A program made the translations under genes and the position numbers. DNA of 64,000 bases from an uncultured Actinomycetota bacterium (lineage in GTDB: Bacteria; Actinomycetota; Actinomycetes; JAFAQI01): contig CAVYQE010000010.1 in NCBI GenBank assembly GCA_963770565.1, forward strand, positions 32,001-96,000. The letters run 5' to 3'. The notes beneath the pieces were generated by a model, which saw nothing but the letters and a program-made list of their open reading frames with translations, was not told the origin of the DNA and made no database searches. Below, piece by piece: positions 9,145-19,136 of the stretch (positions are counted from its first letter, which is position 1; each line of letters begins with the position of its first letter).

Positions 9145-10269
9145 CTAGGCGATCCGTTTGCGCGTCGTAGCGGCCCGGGGTTGCGCAGCTACCTGTCTCA
9201 AAGCCTTGAGGACGGTCGATGCGCTCGCGGTCCAACTCAACGCACGCGAGCGTTGCCGGCCACGGGAGCTGAGGTCCATGCGCGCGTTGGTGTTGGTCAG
9301 CAGCTCGGTGAGCGCGGCCGACCAGGAACCGACGTCGAGTGGTGCGAGGATCACTCCCGCGTCGCCGACGACCTCGGGCAGACTGCCGGTGTTGCTTGCC
9401 ACAACCGGGACGCCGGCGTACATCGCCTCGATCGCCGGGATGCCGAAACCTTCGAACAATGATGGAAAGGCGAGGACATCAGCGTTGACGTACTCGTCGG
9501 CGAGTTGCACCTCGGAGACGTAGCCGGTGAAGGTGACCGCGTCTCCGAGCATGACGCGTAGTTCGTGCTCGATCGTTTGCCCAGGCGGCGGGACGTTGCC
9601 GACGACCCGAAGCTCGACCGAAACGCCGCTCGCCCGCATCCGCGCTACCGCGGCGCCAACCGTGACGAGGTTCTTGCGCGGCAAGACGTTGCCGACCGCG
9701 ACGACGCGACGTTCGTGGTCCGGTCGTTGGCGACGGGTCGCGGCATCGACGAACGAGCCGAGGGTTGGGTCGATTGCGTTTGGAGCAACGAGTACCTGCT
9801 CGGCTGTGAGCTCGTAGCGATCAACCAACCCGCGGCGGGTGAACTCGGATGGCACAAGCAACAAAGCTGCGTGCCGAACGCTGTGATCGATCGAGGCGCG
9901 CACTCTGATGCGAAAGCGTCGAGACAGCCAGGCGTGGCTCTGTGGGTCGAAGGGGGACAGGTCGTGGATCATGACGACACAAGGTCGTCGCGTGAGTGGC
10001 TTGGTGTACTGCACGAGCAACGCATCGGCCTTCACCTGGCGCGCTAGTCTTGGCAGATCGACCGCGAGCCGGCGTACGGCCGAGCCCGACAGCGCCAACG
10101 GAGCTCTTCCGGTTAACTCGGCGACCTCGGACCGCCCGCTCTCGCCGGTGCCAAAGAAGACGTCATCCGAGCCGGTAAGGAGGGCGAGCTCGCGGCTGAT
10201 GTTGCGCGCCCAGGTTTCGTTCCCGGTCTGATGAACGCCGATGTGATGGACATCGATGAGAAACCTCAC
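9145..10269 (-). CDS. Glycosyltransferase family 4 (MtfB-like)
   Basis: IHDL, VPSEFT, VGNVLPRKN, FPSLFEGFGIPAIEAMYAGVPV. Confidence 0.92.
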   Translation of the reverse strand: MRFLIDVHHIGVHQTGNETWARNISRELALLTGSDDVFFGTGESGRSEVAELTGRAPLALSGSAVRRLAVDLPRLARQVKADALLVQYTKPLTRRPCVVMIHDLSPFDPQSHAWLSRRFRIRVRASIDHSVRHAALLLVPSEFTRRGLVDRYELTAEQVLVAPNAIDPTLGSFVDAATRRQRPDHERRVVAVGNVLPRKNLVTVGAAVARMRASGVSVELRVVGNVPPPGQTIEHELRVMLGDAVTFTGYVSEVQLADEYVNADVLAFPSLFEGFGIPAIEAMYAGVPVVASNTGSLPEVVGDAGVILAPLDVGSWSAALTELLTNTNARMDLSSRGRQRSRALSWTASASTVLKALRQVAAQPRAATTRKRIA

Positions 10270-10475
10270 CGGCTACATCCGGTCCCACCTGTGGTCACCC
10301 CGAAACCATAACGTCCGCCACGTCGTTATCAGAGTTGTTGCGTAGGCGTGGGCGAATCCAATCCGGGTCAGAGGTCTGGACCACGCAACGCTTCCCGGAT
10401 ACACGGTCCCGACGAGGTCCGACAGTAGGTTTCAGGCGTGCACACGTTCGCGGTTCTCAGTGGTCACCACCGGAG

Positions 10476-11678
10476 GTGACTGGCTTGCGAGTGCTGGTCT
10501 TCGCGCCGTGGGTGCCGCACCCGGACATCGGCCATGCGGGCGGGCTGCTTGTGCTCGGGCACACTCGCGAGCTTGCGGCTCTCTGTGACGTGTCGCTAGT
10601 GGCGCCGACCCACGAGGGTGTGACCACCATCGAGGGCATCGACCTGGTGCCGATCGCCATCAACGTGCCGGGGCGAGGGTTGAGGCGGCGGTTGCGCTAC
10701 CTGCGCTGGCTCGCGCGAGGCCTCGGCCCAGGACCGCAGGAGTTGGATGGGCTTCGACGGTTCCTGCGATCTCCGCATGGCCGGCGACTCACCGCAGCGG
10801 CCGACGTCGTGGAAGTTCACTTCGAGGACATGTTGCCGATCCTCGACGATCTTGACCGCCGATCCCGAGTCGTCCTGTGGGCACATGACGTGGTGTCGGA
10901 GGACCTGATCGTGGCGCAGGTGAATCTGCGTTCGAGGCGGCGCCGAGTTGAGTCCCGAGTCCGGCTCGTGGGTACTCTACGAGCGGAGCGCCGACTTCTT
11001 CCTCAATGCGACGCTGCCGTCGTCTTCAAAGCTGCGGATCAAGACTCGTTGCGTTCCTTGGGGTTCACGGGTCCACTGCGCGTGGCCAGCCCGCGAATCT
11101 TCCCATCGACACCAGATGTTGAAACCCGTCCGCTGTCTGCAGAGCCGATCGTGGTGATCGTGGCGGCCTTCGACCGCGCGGTGAACCGCGAGGGCTTGAT
11201 GTGGTTCGTGAGTCGAGTTTGGCCAGGGGTACGAGACCGGGTGCCAACGGCGCGGCTCGTTGTCGTTGGAGCGCACGCACCGAGCGTGACCGTTGAAGGG
11301 GTCAAGGTCGTCGGCTTCGTGCCCGATCTGTCGTCGGTGTACGCCGAAGCCGATGTGGCCGTCGTTCCGGCACGCGGCGGCGCCGGGCTGAAATTCACGG
11401 TCGCGCAGGCGCTGACAAATGGCGTACCTGTGGTGAGCACGACCAGTGGCGCGCGCGGCTATCCGAGTCCCGACGACGCTGTCTTTCTGGTCCGCCGTGA
11501 CGACCCTGATGGTTTCGCCGCGGCCGTCGTCGAGATCTTGAACGCCCCGGATCGAGGGCGCGCCGCAGGTGCGGCCGGCCGCGCATGGTGGCGGGCTGAG
11601 GACGCGTCTCGGGCCGGCGCCGGCGCCCTTGTCGAGTGGTACTCCGATCTGGCACGGAACGGCGGCGCCGATGGATAG
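10476..11678 (+). CDS. Glycosyltransferase family 4
   Basis: NREGLMWFV..VWP, VVGFVPDL, VVP...GAGLKFTVAQAL..GVPVVSTT.GA.G; start uncertain. Confidence 0.85.
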   Translation: MTGLRVLVFAPWVPHPDIGHAGGLLVLGHTRELAALCDVSLVAPTHEGVTTIEGIDLVPIAINVPGRGLRRRLRYLRWLARGLGPGPQELDGLRRFLRSPHGRRLTAAADVVEVHFEDMLPILDDLDRRSRVVLWAHDVVSEDLIVAQVNLRSRRRRVESRVRLVGTLRAERRLLPQCDAAVVFKAADQDSLRSLGFTGPLRVASPRIFPSTPDVETRPLSAEPIVVIVAAFDRAVNREGLMWFVSRVWPGVRDRVPTARLVVVGAHAPSVTVEGVKVVGFVPDLSSVYAEADVAVVPARGGAGLKFTVAQALTNGVPVVSTTSGARGYPSPDDAVFLVRRDDPDGFAAAVVEILNAPDRGRAAGAAGRAWWRAEDASRAGAGALVEWYSDLARNGGADG

Positions 11679-13053
11679 CCTGGCCGCCACGTGGGGCCGA
11701 GTGCGCAACTCCGGGCCGCTAGTCGTACTGCGGCTGTTGGCCCTCGGGCTCACGCTGGGTCTGTCCGTCGCGCTCGCGCGTCGTGTCGGTGCGGGGCCGT
11801 ACGGCTCATACGCGGCCGGCGCAGCGCTGACTGCGGTGGTTTTCGCGCCCGGCCCATTCGGCGCCGACCAGATGTACCTCACCGGCATGCTCAGCTTCCG
11901 CCGGGCGCTTCGCCGCGCATTGGCGGCAGGCCTCGTGTTGGCCGTGCTGACCTGCGGTGTTGCCTTGGCTTGGCCTTCGCTACCCCGAACCGCCCGGGTG
12001 TGCGCCGTCCTGTTGGCCGTTGCCGCTGCCGCTCAGACCATCTTGGCGATCTGGTTTACCGAGCCGGTTCGGCGCTTGGACTTCGCTCGCCGGGCCAGGC
12101 GGGAGCTTGCCCTCCTGATTGCCACCGTCATCGCCGGAATCGCGGCTCTGCTCGTGAGCCGGTCGGCTGAGTTGTTCGCGACAAGCGCGGTGGTGGCCAG
12201 CGTCTGCCTGTTGACGTTCGCCTTGGCCCGGCACGGGCGAGACCATCGCAGTGGCGCCCACCAGGATGAGCCTCTCCTCCGAAGCGAGTCTCGAAGCTCC
12301 TCGATCCGACATGGGTTGGCCTACTCCGCATCGAGTGTGTTCTACACGGCGTATTTCCAAGTGGACGTGGTGATCCTCGCGGCGCTGCGCGGATCGGAGG
12401 CCGCCGGACAGTATCGGGTCGCGGTGAATGCCCTGTCCGCCTTCGTTGTCATCGCGGTGGTGATGAACAACGACATCCTGCGCCCCATCCTGATCCGACG
12501 ATCGGGAGCAGAATTCGACCGAGCGTCTCGTCGTGGCCTACGGGTAGCCCTCCTCGTCGGGCTGGCTTCCGCGCTCGTTCTCGCCGTTGCCGGGCGTTGG
12601 CTCATCCCAGTGGTCTACGGCAGCGCCTATCAATCCGCAGTCCCTCTCGTCACGATTCTCGCCGCCGGGCTGCTTGCTCACTTCTACAACAGCTGGGCGG
12701 GAAACGCGTTGATTGCCGCAGGCGCGATCTCGCGCGTGGTGGCCATCCAGACCGCGATGCTGGCGGTCAACCTGGTCGCCAACCTGGTCGCGTTGCGCAG
12801 TCACGGTGCGACCGCGTGCGCCGTCATCACCGTCGTCACCGAGGTGGTGGGAGCGGTGGGCTATCTCACCGCGGCCCGATTCGGTGCCCTCTCGCGCCTA
12901 GTCGGGCGTCGCGACGACCTGAAGGCGTTTGCCCGCCTTGGCGATGGAGGCGAGGTAGTCAGCGGTGCGAGCGCCGACAGTGGTGAGGGCCCCGGGCCGA
13001 TAGTTGTCGAAACCGACGTCATCACGCCCGGCTTCGGTGAGATCGGGCCCTGA
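11671..13053 (+). CDS. Wzx-type oligosaccharide flippase (MOP family)
   Basis: Many hydrophobic segments; LARRVGAGPYGSY, YFQVDVVIL....G.EAAGQYRVA, YGSAY..A. Confidence 0.85.
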   Translation: MDSLAATWGRVRNSGPLVVLRLLALGLTLGLSVALARRVGAGPYGSYAAGAALTAVVFAPGPFGADQMYLTGMLSFRRALRRALAAGLVLAVLTCGVALAWPSLPRTARVCAVLLAVAAAAQTILAIWFTEPVRRLDFARRARRELALLIATVIAGIAALLVSRSAELFATSAVVASVCLLTFALARHGRDHRSGAHQDEPLLRSESRSSSIRHGLAYSASSVFYTAYFQVDVVILAALRGSEAAGQYRVAVNALSAFVVIAVVMNNDILRPILIRRSGAEFDRASRRGLRVALLVGLASALVLAVAGRWLIPVVYGSAYQSAVPLVTILAAGLLAHFYNSWAGNALIAAGAISRVVAIQTAMLAVNLVANLVALRSHGATACAVITVVTEVVGAVGYLTAARFGALSRLVGRRDDLKAFARLGDGGEVVSGASADSGEGPGPIVVETDVITPGFGEIGP

Positions 13054-13827
13054 CCGACCCGGCGTGCGCATGCCGAGCGACTGTACGACGCTGCGGCGAG
13101 TGGGCACCGGCTCGCCAAAGGTCCGGACCCGCGTGACCTGGAAACCGGCTACCTCGAGCAAGCGGTTGAGGGTGGACGGGGTGAACTGCCAGAGATGCTG
13201 GCTTGGCCGCAGATCTACCCAACCTGATCCGGCGGCCCGACGGTCCCAGGACCCGAAGTTCGGCACCTCGATCACCAGCCGGCCGTCAGAGGGGAGCAGG
13301 CCTCGTAAAACGTGCAGAAAACCGATCGGATCCTCGAGGTGCTCGACAACGTGGTGGAGCGTGACGACTGCGAACGGTGCAAGTCGACTGGCTTCGTCCA
13401 GGCTGGAAACCGACGAGATCGACTTGCCGGCCGCGATCTCGCGCGCAGCATCCGAGATCTCAACGCCAAGGACGTTCCATCCTCGGCCTCGCGCGCGGGC
13501 CAGGAATGCGCCGGTCGCCGACCCGACGTCAAGCAGGCGATCGCCGGGGGTAGGGACGCCGAGCATCCGGAGCTCCGGCTCGAAGCGGGCGTCGTCATAA
13601 CGTGCGGCCAGTCCCGAGTCGAAGTCGCGGTGCTGCGGGTCGCCGTCCGACCCGGTGAAGTAGTCCAGGTCGTATGTCTCGGACGGGTCTCCACAGTTGA
13701 TGACAAGCCCACATGTGCAACGGCGGAATGTCGATACCAGAGGCTTCCAGCTGCCACTCACGGCCTCGCCGCATACTGGGCACCGAAGAACGCGGGTTGT
13801 CACCCGTTCGGCGTCGGCACGGCTCAC
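12898..13827 (-). CDS. Class I SAM-dependent methyltransferase with N-terminal Zn-binding motif
   Basis: CPVCG...CTCG, LLDVGSATGAFL, GVEIS, HVVEHLEDP, IEVPN, HLWQFTP. Confidence 0.9.
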   Translation of the reverse strand: MSRADAERVTTRVLRCPVCGEAVSGSWKPLVSTFRRCTCGLVINCGDPSETYDLDYFTGSDGDPQHRDFDSGLAARYDDARFEPELRMLGVPTPGDRLLDVGSATGAFLARARGRGWNVLGVEISDAAREIAAGKSISSVSSLDEASRLAPFAVVTLHHVVEHLEDPIGFLHVLRGLLPSDGRLVIEVPNFGSWDRRAAGSGWVDLRPSQHLWQFTPSTLNRLLEVAGFQVTRVRTFGEPVPTRRSVVQSLGMRTPGRSGPDLTEAGRDDVGFDNYRPGALTTVGARTADYLASIAKAGKRLQVVATPD

Positions 13828-13889
13828 CCGTTCACTTTAGAGGCTCGCTAATCCCGCATTATGGAACGGCGCGACAGTACGTTTTATAC

Positions 13890-15791
13890 GTGCGTGCGAT
13901 CTTTGCCTTCCGTCGGCGCACCGACTTCTTCCTCGCCGTCATCGACATCGGGCTGGGTCTCCTCGCCGGGCTGGTCGCCTACTCGCTTCGCTTCGGCGGG
14001 ACCACGGTGCCCGGTTTCTACGTCGTCCGCTACCAGGCGATGACGGTCGGCCTCGCAGTCGGTTCGGTGCTCGCCGGCCGCGCGGCCGGTCTCTACCGGC
14101 GAGGGGTGCTGCGGGCGGGGGAGTCGAACGTCGAGCCGGCGGTGGAGTCGGCCCTGGCCGTCGGCCTCGCGGTGTTCCTGGTCAACCAGTTCAACTTCCA
14201 CGGCGCCCTCTCGCGGTCGTGGATCGGCCTGGTCACCCTCGCCCTCCTGCTGTTCGGAATCGGATCGCGCGCGCTGATCCGCTCCGGGCGCCGGCTGCTG
14301 GTCCCGTTCGGGATCGCCCTCGAGCGTTACGCCGTGGTCGGTGACGACCGCGCGGGTCGTCGTCTGTACGACGACCTCACCCGGGCCGCCGGCACTCCGT
14401 TCAGAGTGGTGACGCTGCTGCCGCGGGAGCTGTCACCGGCGGAGCTGTCGGCCCGCGCCAGCGAGCTCCGGCTCGAAGGGCTGATCCTGACCGCCGACAC
14501 GGACCCGGTCGTGGCCGGCAAGCTGGCGGGCGCGCTGTCCGGAGCGGGCATCGACGTCTTGCTGGCACCCGGCCTGTCCGGACTGGAGCTGCGGGTGGCG
14601 AGCGTCGCGATGTTGCACGGTGTCCCGCTGCTGCGCGCGTCCGGACTCGCGCCCCGGTATCGCGCGATCCGCACCCGGACCCGCGGCCGCGGCCACGGCG
14701 TGGCGATCCTCGGCACCCGCGGAATCCCGGCGAACTATGGCGGCTTCGAGACCTTCGCCGAGCGACTGTCGCTCTACCTGGTCGCGGCCGGGATCCCGGT
14801 TACGGTCTACTGCCGCAAGCATCACGCCACGGCCGGTACCGAGTGGCATGGCGTGCGCCTGGTCACGTTGCCGACCATCCGGTCGAAGTATCTCGACACG
14901 GTCGTGCACACCTTTCTCTCCACCGTGCACCTGGTGACCCGCACCCGAATCCGCAACGTGATGTTGTGCAACGCGGCCAACGCGCCGGCCCTGCCGATCC
15001 TTCGGCTCACCGGGCGGCGGGTGGTGCTGAACGTCGACGGGCTCGAATGGCGCCGCGGCAAGTGGGGCATCGCGGGCCGGGCGTGGTACCGGCTCGGGGA
15101 GTGGCTGTCGGTGCGACTGGCCAGCGTGCTCGTGACGGACGCCGAGGAGGTCCGGACCTACTACCACGTGCGCCATGACACGGATTCGGTGATGGTTCCG
15201 TACGGCGCCGATCCAGTGCCCAGGGGACTGCTGCTGCCGCCCGACGTGGGTGTACAGCCGGACGGCTACGCCCTCTACGTCGCCCGGTGGGAGCGGGAGA
15301 ACAATCCCGACCTGGTCGCTCGGGCGCACGCCGGCTCACACAGCACCCGCCAGCTGGTGATGCTCGGCCACGCGGCGTACGACGCCGAGCTCGAGCGCGA
15401 GGTCCGGGCCGCGGCGGCCCCGACCGCGGTGCTGCCGGGCTCGGTGTACGGCGAGACCTACACCGCGCTGCAGAGCAACGCCCGCTGCTACATCCATGCG
15501 ACCGAGGTCGGCGGGACCCACCCCGCCCTGATCGAGGCGATGGGCGCTCAGAACCTCTGCCTGGTCCTCGACACCCCCGAAAACCGCGAGGTGGCCGGAC
15601 CGGACGCGTGGTACTTCGCCGACGAGGCCGAGTTGCGCGACCTGCTCGACGAGGTCGACCGGCTCGACCAGGCCCAGCTTGCCGAGTTGCGGGAGGCGTC
15701 CGGGCAGCGGGCGGCCGAGCGCTTCTCCTGGACCCAGGTGGGCAGCACCTATCTCGCGCTGCTGACCGGGGAGGGTTCGACGACCGGCTGA
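13890..15791 (+). CDS. Fusion: WcaJ/WbaP-like N-terminal membrane + Rossmann-like region joined to DUF1972/GT4 (WchF-like) glycosyltransferase
   Basis: Four TM helices, RYAVVGD, GVPLLR linker, then VAILGTRGIPANYGGFETFAERL, NVDGLEWRRGKW, EVGGTHPALIEAMG; start uncertain. Confidence 0.82.
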   Translation: MRAIFAFRRRTDFFLAVIDIGLGLLAGLVAYSLRFGGTTVPGFYVVRYQAMTVGLAVGSVLAGRAAGLYRRGVLRAGESNVEPAVESALAVGLAVFLVNQFNFHGALSRSWIGLVTLALLLFGIGSRALIRSGRRLLVPFGIALERYAVVGDDRAGRRLYDDLTRAAGTPFRVVTLLPRELSPAELSARASELRLEGLILTADTDPVVAGKLAGALSGAGIDVLLAPGLSGLELRVASVAMLHGVPLLRASGLAPRYRAIRTRTRGRGHGVAILGTRGIPANYGGFETFAERLSLYLVAAGIPVTVYCRKHHATAGTEWHGVRLVTLPTIRSKYLDTVVHTFLSTVHLVTRTRIRNVMLCNAANAPALPILRLTGRRVVLNVDGLEWRRGKWGIAGRAWYRLGEWLSVRLASVLVTDAEEVRTYYHVRHDTDSVMVPYGADPVPRGLLLPPDVGVQPDGYALYVARWERENNPDLVARAHAGSHSTRQLVMLGHAAYDAELEREVRAAAAPTAVLPGSVYGETYTALQSNARCYIHATEVGGTHPALIEAMGAQNLCLVLDTPENREVAGPDAWYFADEAELRDLLDEVDRLDQAQLAELREASGQRAAERFSWTQVGSTYLALLTGEGSTTG

Positions 15792-15793
15792 GG

Positions 15794-15820
15794 GTCAAGC
15801 ATCGCTGCGATCGCGCCGAT
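15794..15820 (+). promoter_or_regulatory. sigma28/FliA/WhiG-like promoter upstream of O-antigen ligase-like gene/pilB
   Basis: GTCAAG-N15-GCCGAT ending 8 bp before GTG 15829 (possibly leaderless transcript). Confidence 0.65.
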
Positions 15821-15828
15821 GCCACAGC

Positions 15829-17346
15829 GTGACCCAAGCCGCGGTCACGGCGTCGCCCACGACCGCTGTGACCCCTTCCGCGCGCGCGCCCGAGCCGCCG
15901 TCGAGCCCGCCTGCCCGGCTGCGTGGGATCACCCTGCTTCAAGCCAACGCTGAGACCGCTGCAGTGCTCGCCGTCTGCGCCTGGTGGCTGTTGCTCGCAC
16001 CCCGGCTCGAAGGCGGCCGCGGAGCGGGCGCGGTGACCGGGGGAGCGATCGTCACCGGCCTGGCCACGCTCGTCATCCGGCCGCACCGGTTCGCTCCGCG
16101 CGGCGCGATCTGGCTGGCGCTCGCGGTCAGCGCCGCTGCGCTCGGCGTCGCGGTGCTGGCCCCCACCGGATGGGCCGGTGCACCTGCCGCGGCCAGCTAC
16201 GTCTGCGTGAGCTGGACCGTGATCGTCGTCGCGGCGGCCGCGAGGTCCAACCCCAAGCTCGCGAACCTGATCGTGCTCATGGTCGTCGCCGGCGTCCTGG
16301 TCGAGGTCGCCGAGTCGTGGCTGGCCTGGTGGGGCGGCTCCGATGCCAGCGTGCCGATCTCCGGCACCTTCTACTGGTACGACCCGTTCGCCGCCTTCAT
16401 GCTTGCCGGCACGGTCATCGGGTTCTCCCTGTGGCTGTGGCGCTCGGGGCCGGTCGCGGCGTTCGGCCTGCTCGGCGCGGCGCTGGGCACCATCGGCCTG
16501 GTCTACTCGACCAGCCGCGCTGCCGGAGCTTGCTTCGGGATCGCCCTCCTGGCCGTCGGCGTCGTCCACCTGGCCACCCGCGGCGTCGCCGGGGTGAGAC
16601 GCCTGGTCGTCGCCCTCGCGGCGGTCGGTCTCGCGGTCTGGGGCATCGCCGGGCCGCCGTTCTTTGCGCATCGGTCGCTGCCGTTCGCGGGCACGAGCGG
16701 ACGAGCCAGCGGCCAGTCGCTGAGCCAGAACGGCGGTTATCGGCTCGACTTCTGGCACGAGGCGATCGGGGTCTTCCACCGACACCCGTTGGTCGGGGGC
16801 GGGTTCCACTCGCTCGCGTCGGCGGCGCAGGGTCACGTGCCGCCGGGCTGGCCACTCTCGCCGCTGGCCCACAACGGATATCTGCAGGCGCTGTCCGACG
16901 GCGGCCTGCTTCTCGGCGTCCCGTTCCTGCTCGCGGTCGCCATCCTCGGCTGGTACGTCGTACGAGGCTTGGTCACCGCAGTTCGCCGGCGCGAGCTCAC
17001 CTCCGCCGGGTTCGTCGTCCTGTTGTGCCTTGGTGCCCTCCTGGTGCACTCGGCGGTCGACTTCGACTGGTCGTACGCGGCCGACTTCGAGGTCGTGGCC
17101 GTCCTGGCCGGCTTGGTCGCGGCGATGCACTGGTCGCGGGACGAGCCTCAGACGCGGCCCGCGCCATCCCGGCTGGTCGCGGGCGCGGTGCTCGTCGGCG
17201 TCGTCCTCACCGGGGTGGCGGCGGTCGCCGCCTGGCCCGGAGACTTCAAGCAGTCGTTGCCCCTTGGGCACTCAGCAGTGCGGTCCCTTTGGCACTCCGC
17301 AGCGCAGGCGCCTGCGCACCCCACGAGTAGCGGGAGTTCACAGTGA
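15829..17346 (+). CDS. O-antigen ligase family (Wzy_C) membrane protein; candidate pilin O-oligosaccharyltransferase
   Basis: Polytopic; STSRAA, RLDFWHEA..VF..HPLVGGG, AHNGYLQALSDGGLL, HSAVDFDW; GTGA overlap with pilB start. Confidence 0.85.
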   Translation: MTQAAVTASPTTAVTPSARAPEPPSSPPARLRGITLLQANAETAAVLAVCAWWLLLAPRLEGGRGAGAVTGGAIVTGLATLVIRPHRFAPRGAIWLALAVSAAALGVAVLAPTGWAGAPAAASYVCVSWTVIVVAAAARSNPKLANLIVLMVVAGVLVEVAESWLAWWGGSDASVPISGTFYWYDPFAAFMLAGTVIGFSLWLWRSGPVAAFGLLGAALGTIGLVYSTSRAAGACFGIALLAVGVVHLATRGVAGVRRLVVALAAVGLAVWGIAGPPFFAHRSLPFAGTSGRASGQSLSQNGGYRLDFWHEAIGVFHRHPLVGGGFHSLASAAQGHVPPGWPLSPLAHNGYLQALSDGGLLLGVPFLLAVAILGWYVVRGLVTAVRRRELTSAGFVVLLCLGALLVHSAVDFDWSYAADFEVVAVLAGLVAAMHWSRDEPQTRPAPSRLVAGAVLVGVVLTGVAAVAAWPGDFKQSLPLGHSAVRSLWHSAAQAPAHPTSSGSSQ

Positions 17347-19015
17347 AGCAACTCGGCGACATCCTGCTCGACGACGGCCTCGTCACCCAGGAGCAGCTGC
17401 ACTGCTGCTTACGACGAGCAGCAGCGGGTAGGCCGCAGCCTCGGCCGGGTGCTGGTCGACCGTGGCGTGCTCACCGAGAGCCAGCTCGTCGCCGCGCTCG
17501 CCCAGCAGATCGGCCTGCGGTTCGTCGACCTGTCCGACTTCCCGGTCGACGGCTCAGCGCTGTCGACCGTGCCGCCGATCGTGTGCCGTCGCTACGTCGC
17601 CCTTCCGATCGGCTTCGAGGACGGCCGGCTGCTGGTCGCGATGGCGGACCCGGCGAACGTCTTCGCCCTCGACGACATCCGCTCGCATCACCGGCATCGA
17701 GGTCAAGCCGGTCGTCGCGACCAAGGCCGATGTCAGCGCGGCGATCGACCGCTACCACCGCGCCGACTCCGACCTCGACGACCTCACGATGGCGCTCGAC
17801 GACGAGGAAGACCCGGCGCTCGACAACGTCAAGGAGGTCGTCGAGGACGCGCCGATCGTCAAGTTCGTCAACCTGCTGATCACCCAGGCGATCCAGGACC
17901 GGGCCTCCGACATCCACATCGAGCCGACCGAGCGCGACCTGCGGGTCCGGTTCCGCATCGACGGCGTGCTGCACGAGATCATGCGCTCGCCGCGCAACGA
18001 TCCAGTCCGGCGTCATCCAGCCGGCTGAAGATCATGGCCGACATCAACATCGCCGAGCGCCGGATCCCGCAGGACGGCCGGCTGTCGGTGACCGCCAGCG
18101 GGAAGAAGATCGACCTGCGGGTGGCGACCCTGCCGACCGTGTGGGGCGAGAAGGTCGTCATGCGAATCCTGGACAACTCGACCGCGATGCTGAACCTCTC
18201 CGACCTGGGCTTCAGCGAGGGCAACTTCGAGCGTTACTCGGTGAGCTTCATCGAAGCCGTACGGGATGATCCTGGTGACCGGCCCGACCGGTTCGGGAAA
18301 GTCGACCACGCTGTACGCGACGCTGAACATCGTCAGCCGGCCCGAGATCAACGTCATCACGGTCGAGGACCCGGTCGAGTACCGGCATGCCGGGCATCAA
18401 CCAGGTGCAGGCGAACCCCAAGGCCGGCCTGACCTTCGCCACCGCGCTGCGCTCGATCCTGCGGTCCGACCCCGACGTCGTCCTGATCGGTGAGATCCGC
18501 GACCACGAGACCGCGCAGATCGCGATCGAAGCGGCTCTCACCGGTCACCTCGTGCTGTCCACGCTTGCACACCAACGACGCGCCGGCGGCGATCACCCGG
18601 CTGATCGAGATGGGCATCGAGCCCTTCCTGGTCGGGTCCGCGCTCGACTGCGTGCTGGCCCAGCGGCTCGCCCGCCGGCTGTGCGACAAGTGCAAGGAGG
18701 CCTACACGGCCGAGCCGTCGAGTGCTGCGCTCGGCCGCATTCCCGTGGGAGGACGGCGAACCGCTGCCGACGCTGTACCGCGCGGTCGGCTGCTCGGCCT
18801 GCTCCAAGACCGGCTACCGCGGCCGGCTCGCCCTGCACGAGGTCATGGCGGTCGTCCGAGGAGATCGAGCGGCTGGCGGTCGACGCGCGCGTCGGCGTTC
18901 GAGATCGGCCGGGTCGCCAGTCGAGCAGGGCATGCTCACGCTTCGGCTCGACGGCATGGACAAGGTTCGGGCCGGGGTGACCTCAATCGAGGAGATCTTG
19001 CGCGTCGTGGTGTGA
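17343..19015 (+). CDS. pilB: Type IV pilus assembly ATPase PilB with N-terminal MshEN domain (11 apparent +1 frameshifts in this assembly)
   Basis: Fragments across frames: [74 protein letters not shown], CxxC motifs; removing 11 bases gives 554 codons. Confidence 0.9.
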
Positions 19016-19047
19016 CGGCGACCCGCCATTCGGGTGGGCCGAGGTTG

Positions 19048-19074
19048 CTCAAGACGGGGCGAATGCTGGCCGAT
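19048..19074 (+). promoter_or_regulatory. sigma28/FliA/WhiG-like promoter upstream of pilT
   Basis: CTCAAG-N15-GCCGAT. Confidence 0.72.
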
Positions 19075-19136
19075 GCAGACGTGTGGCGGGACAGGTCTCG
19101 CTGCTCGCGGACGACCGCAGATGAGGGGACACGCAC

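Noticed and set aside
13845-13876. Possible seventh sigma28-like promoter upstream of the fusion glycosyltransferase (GCTAAT...GCGCGAC)
   Set aside because: Both boxes and the spacing deviate too far from the six clear copies
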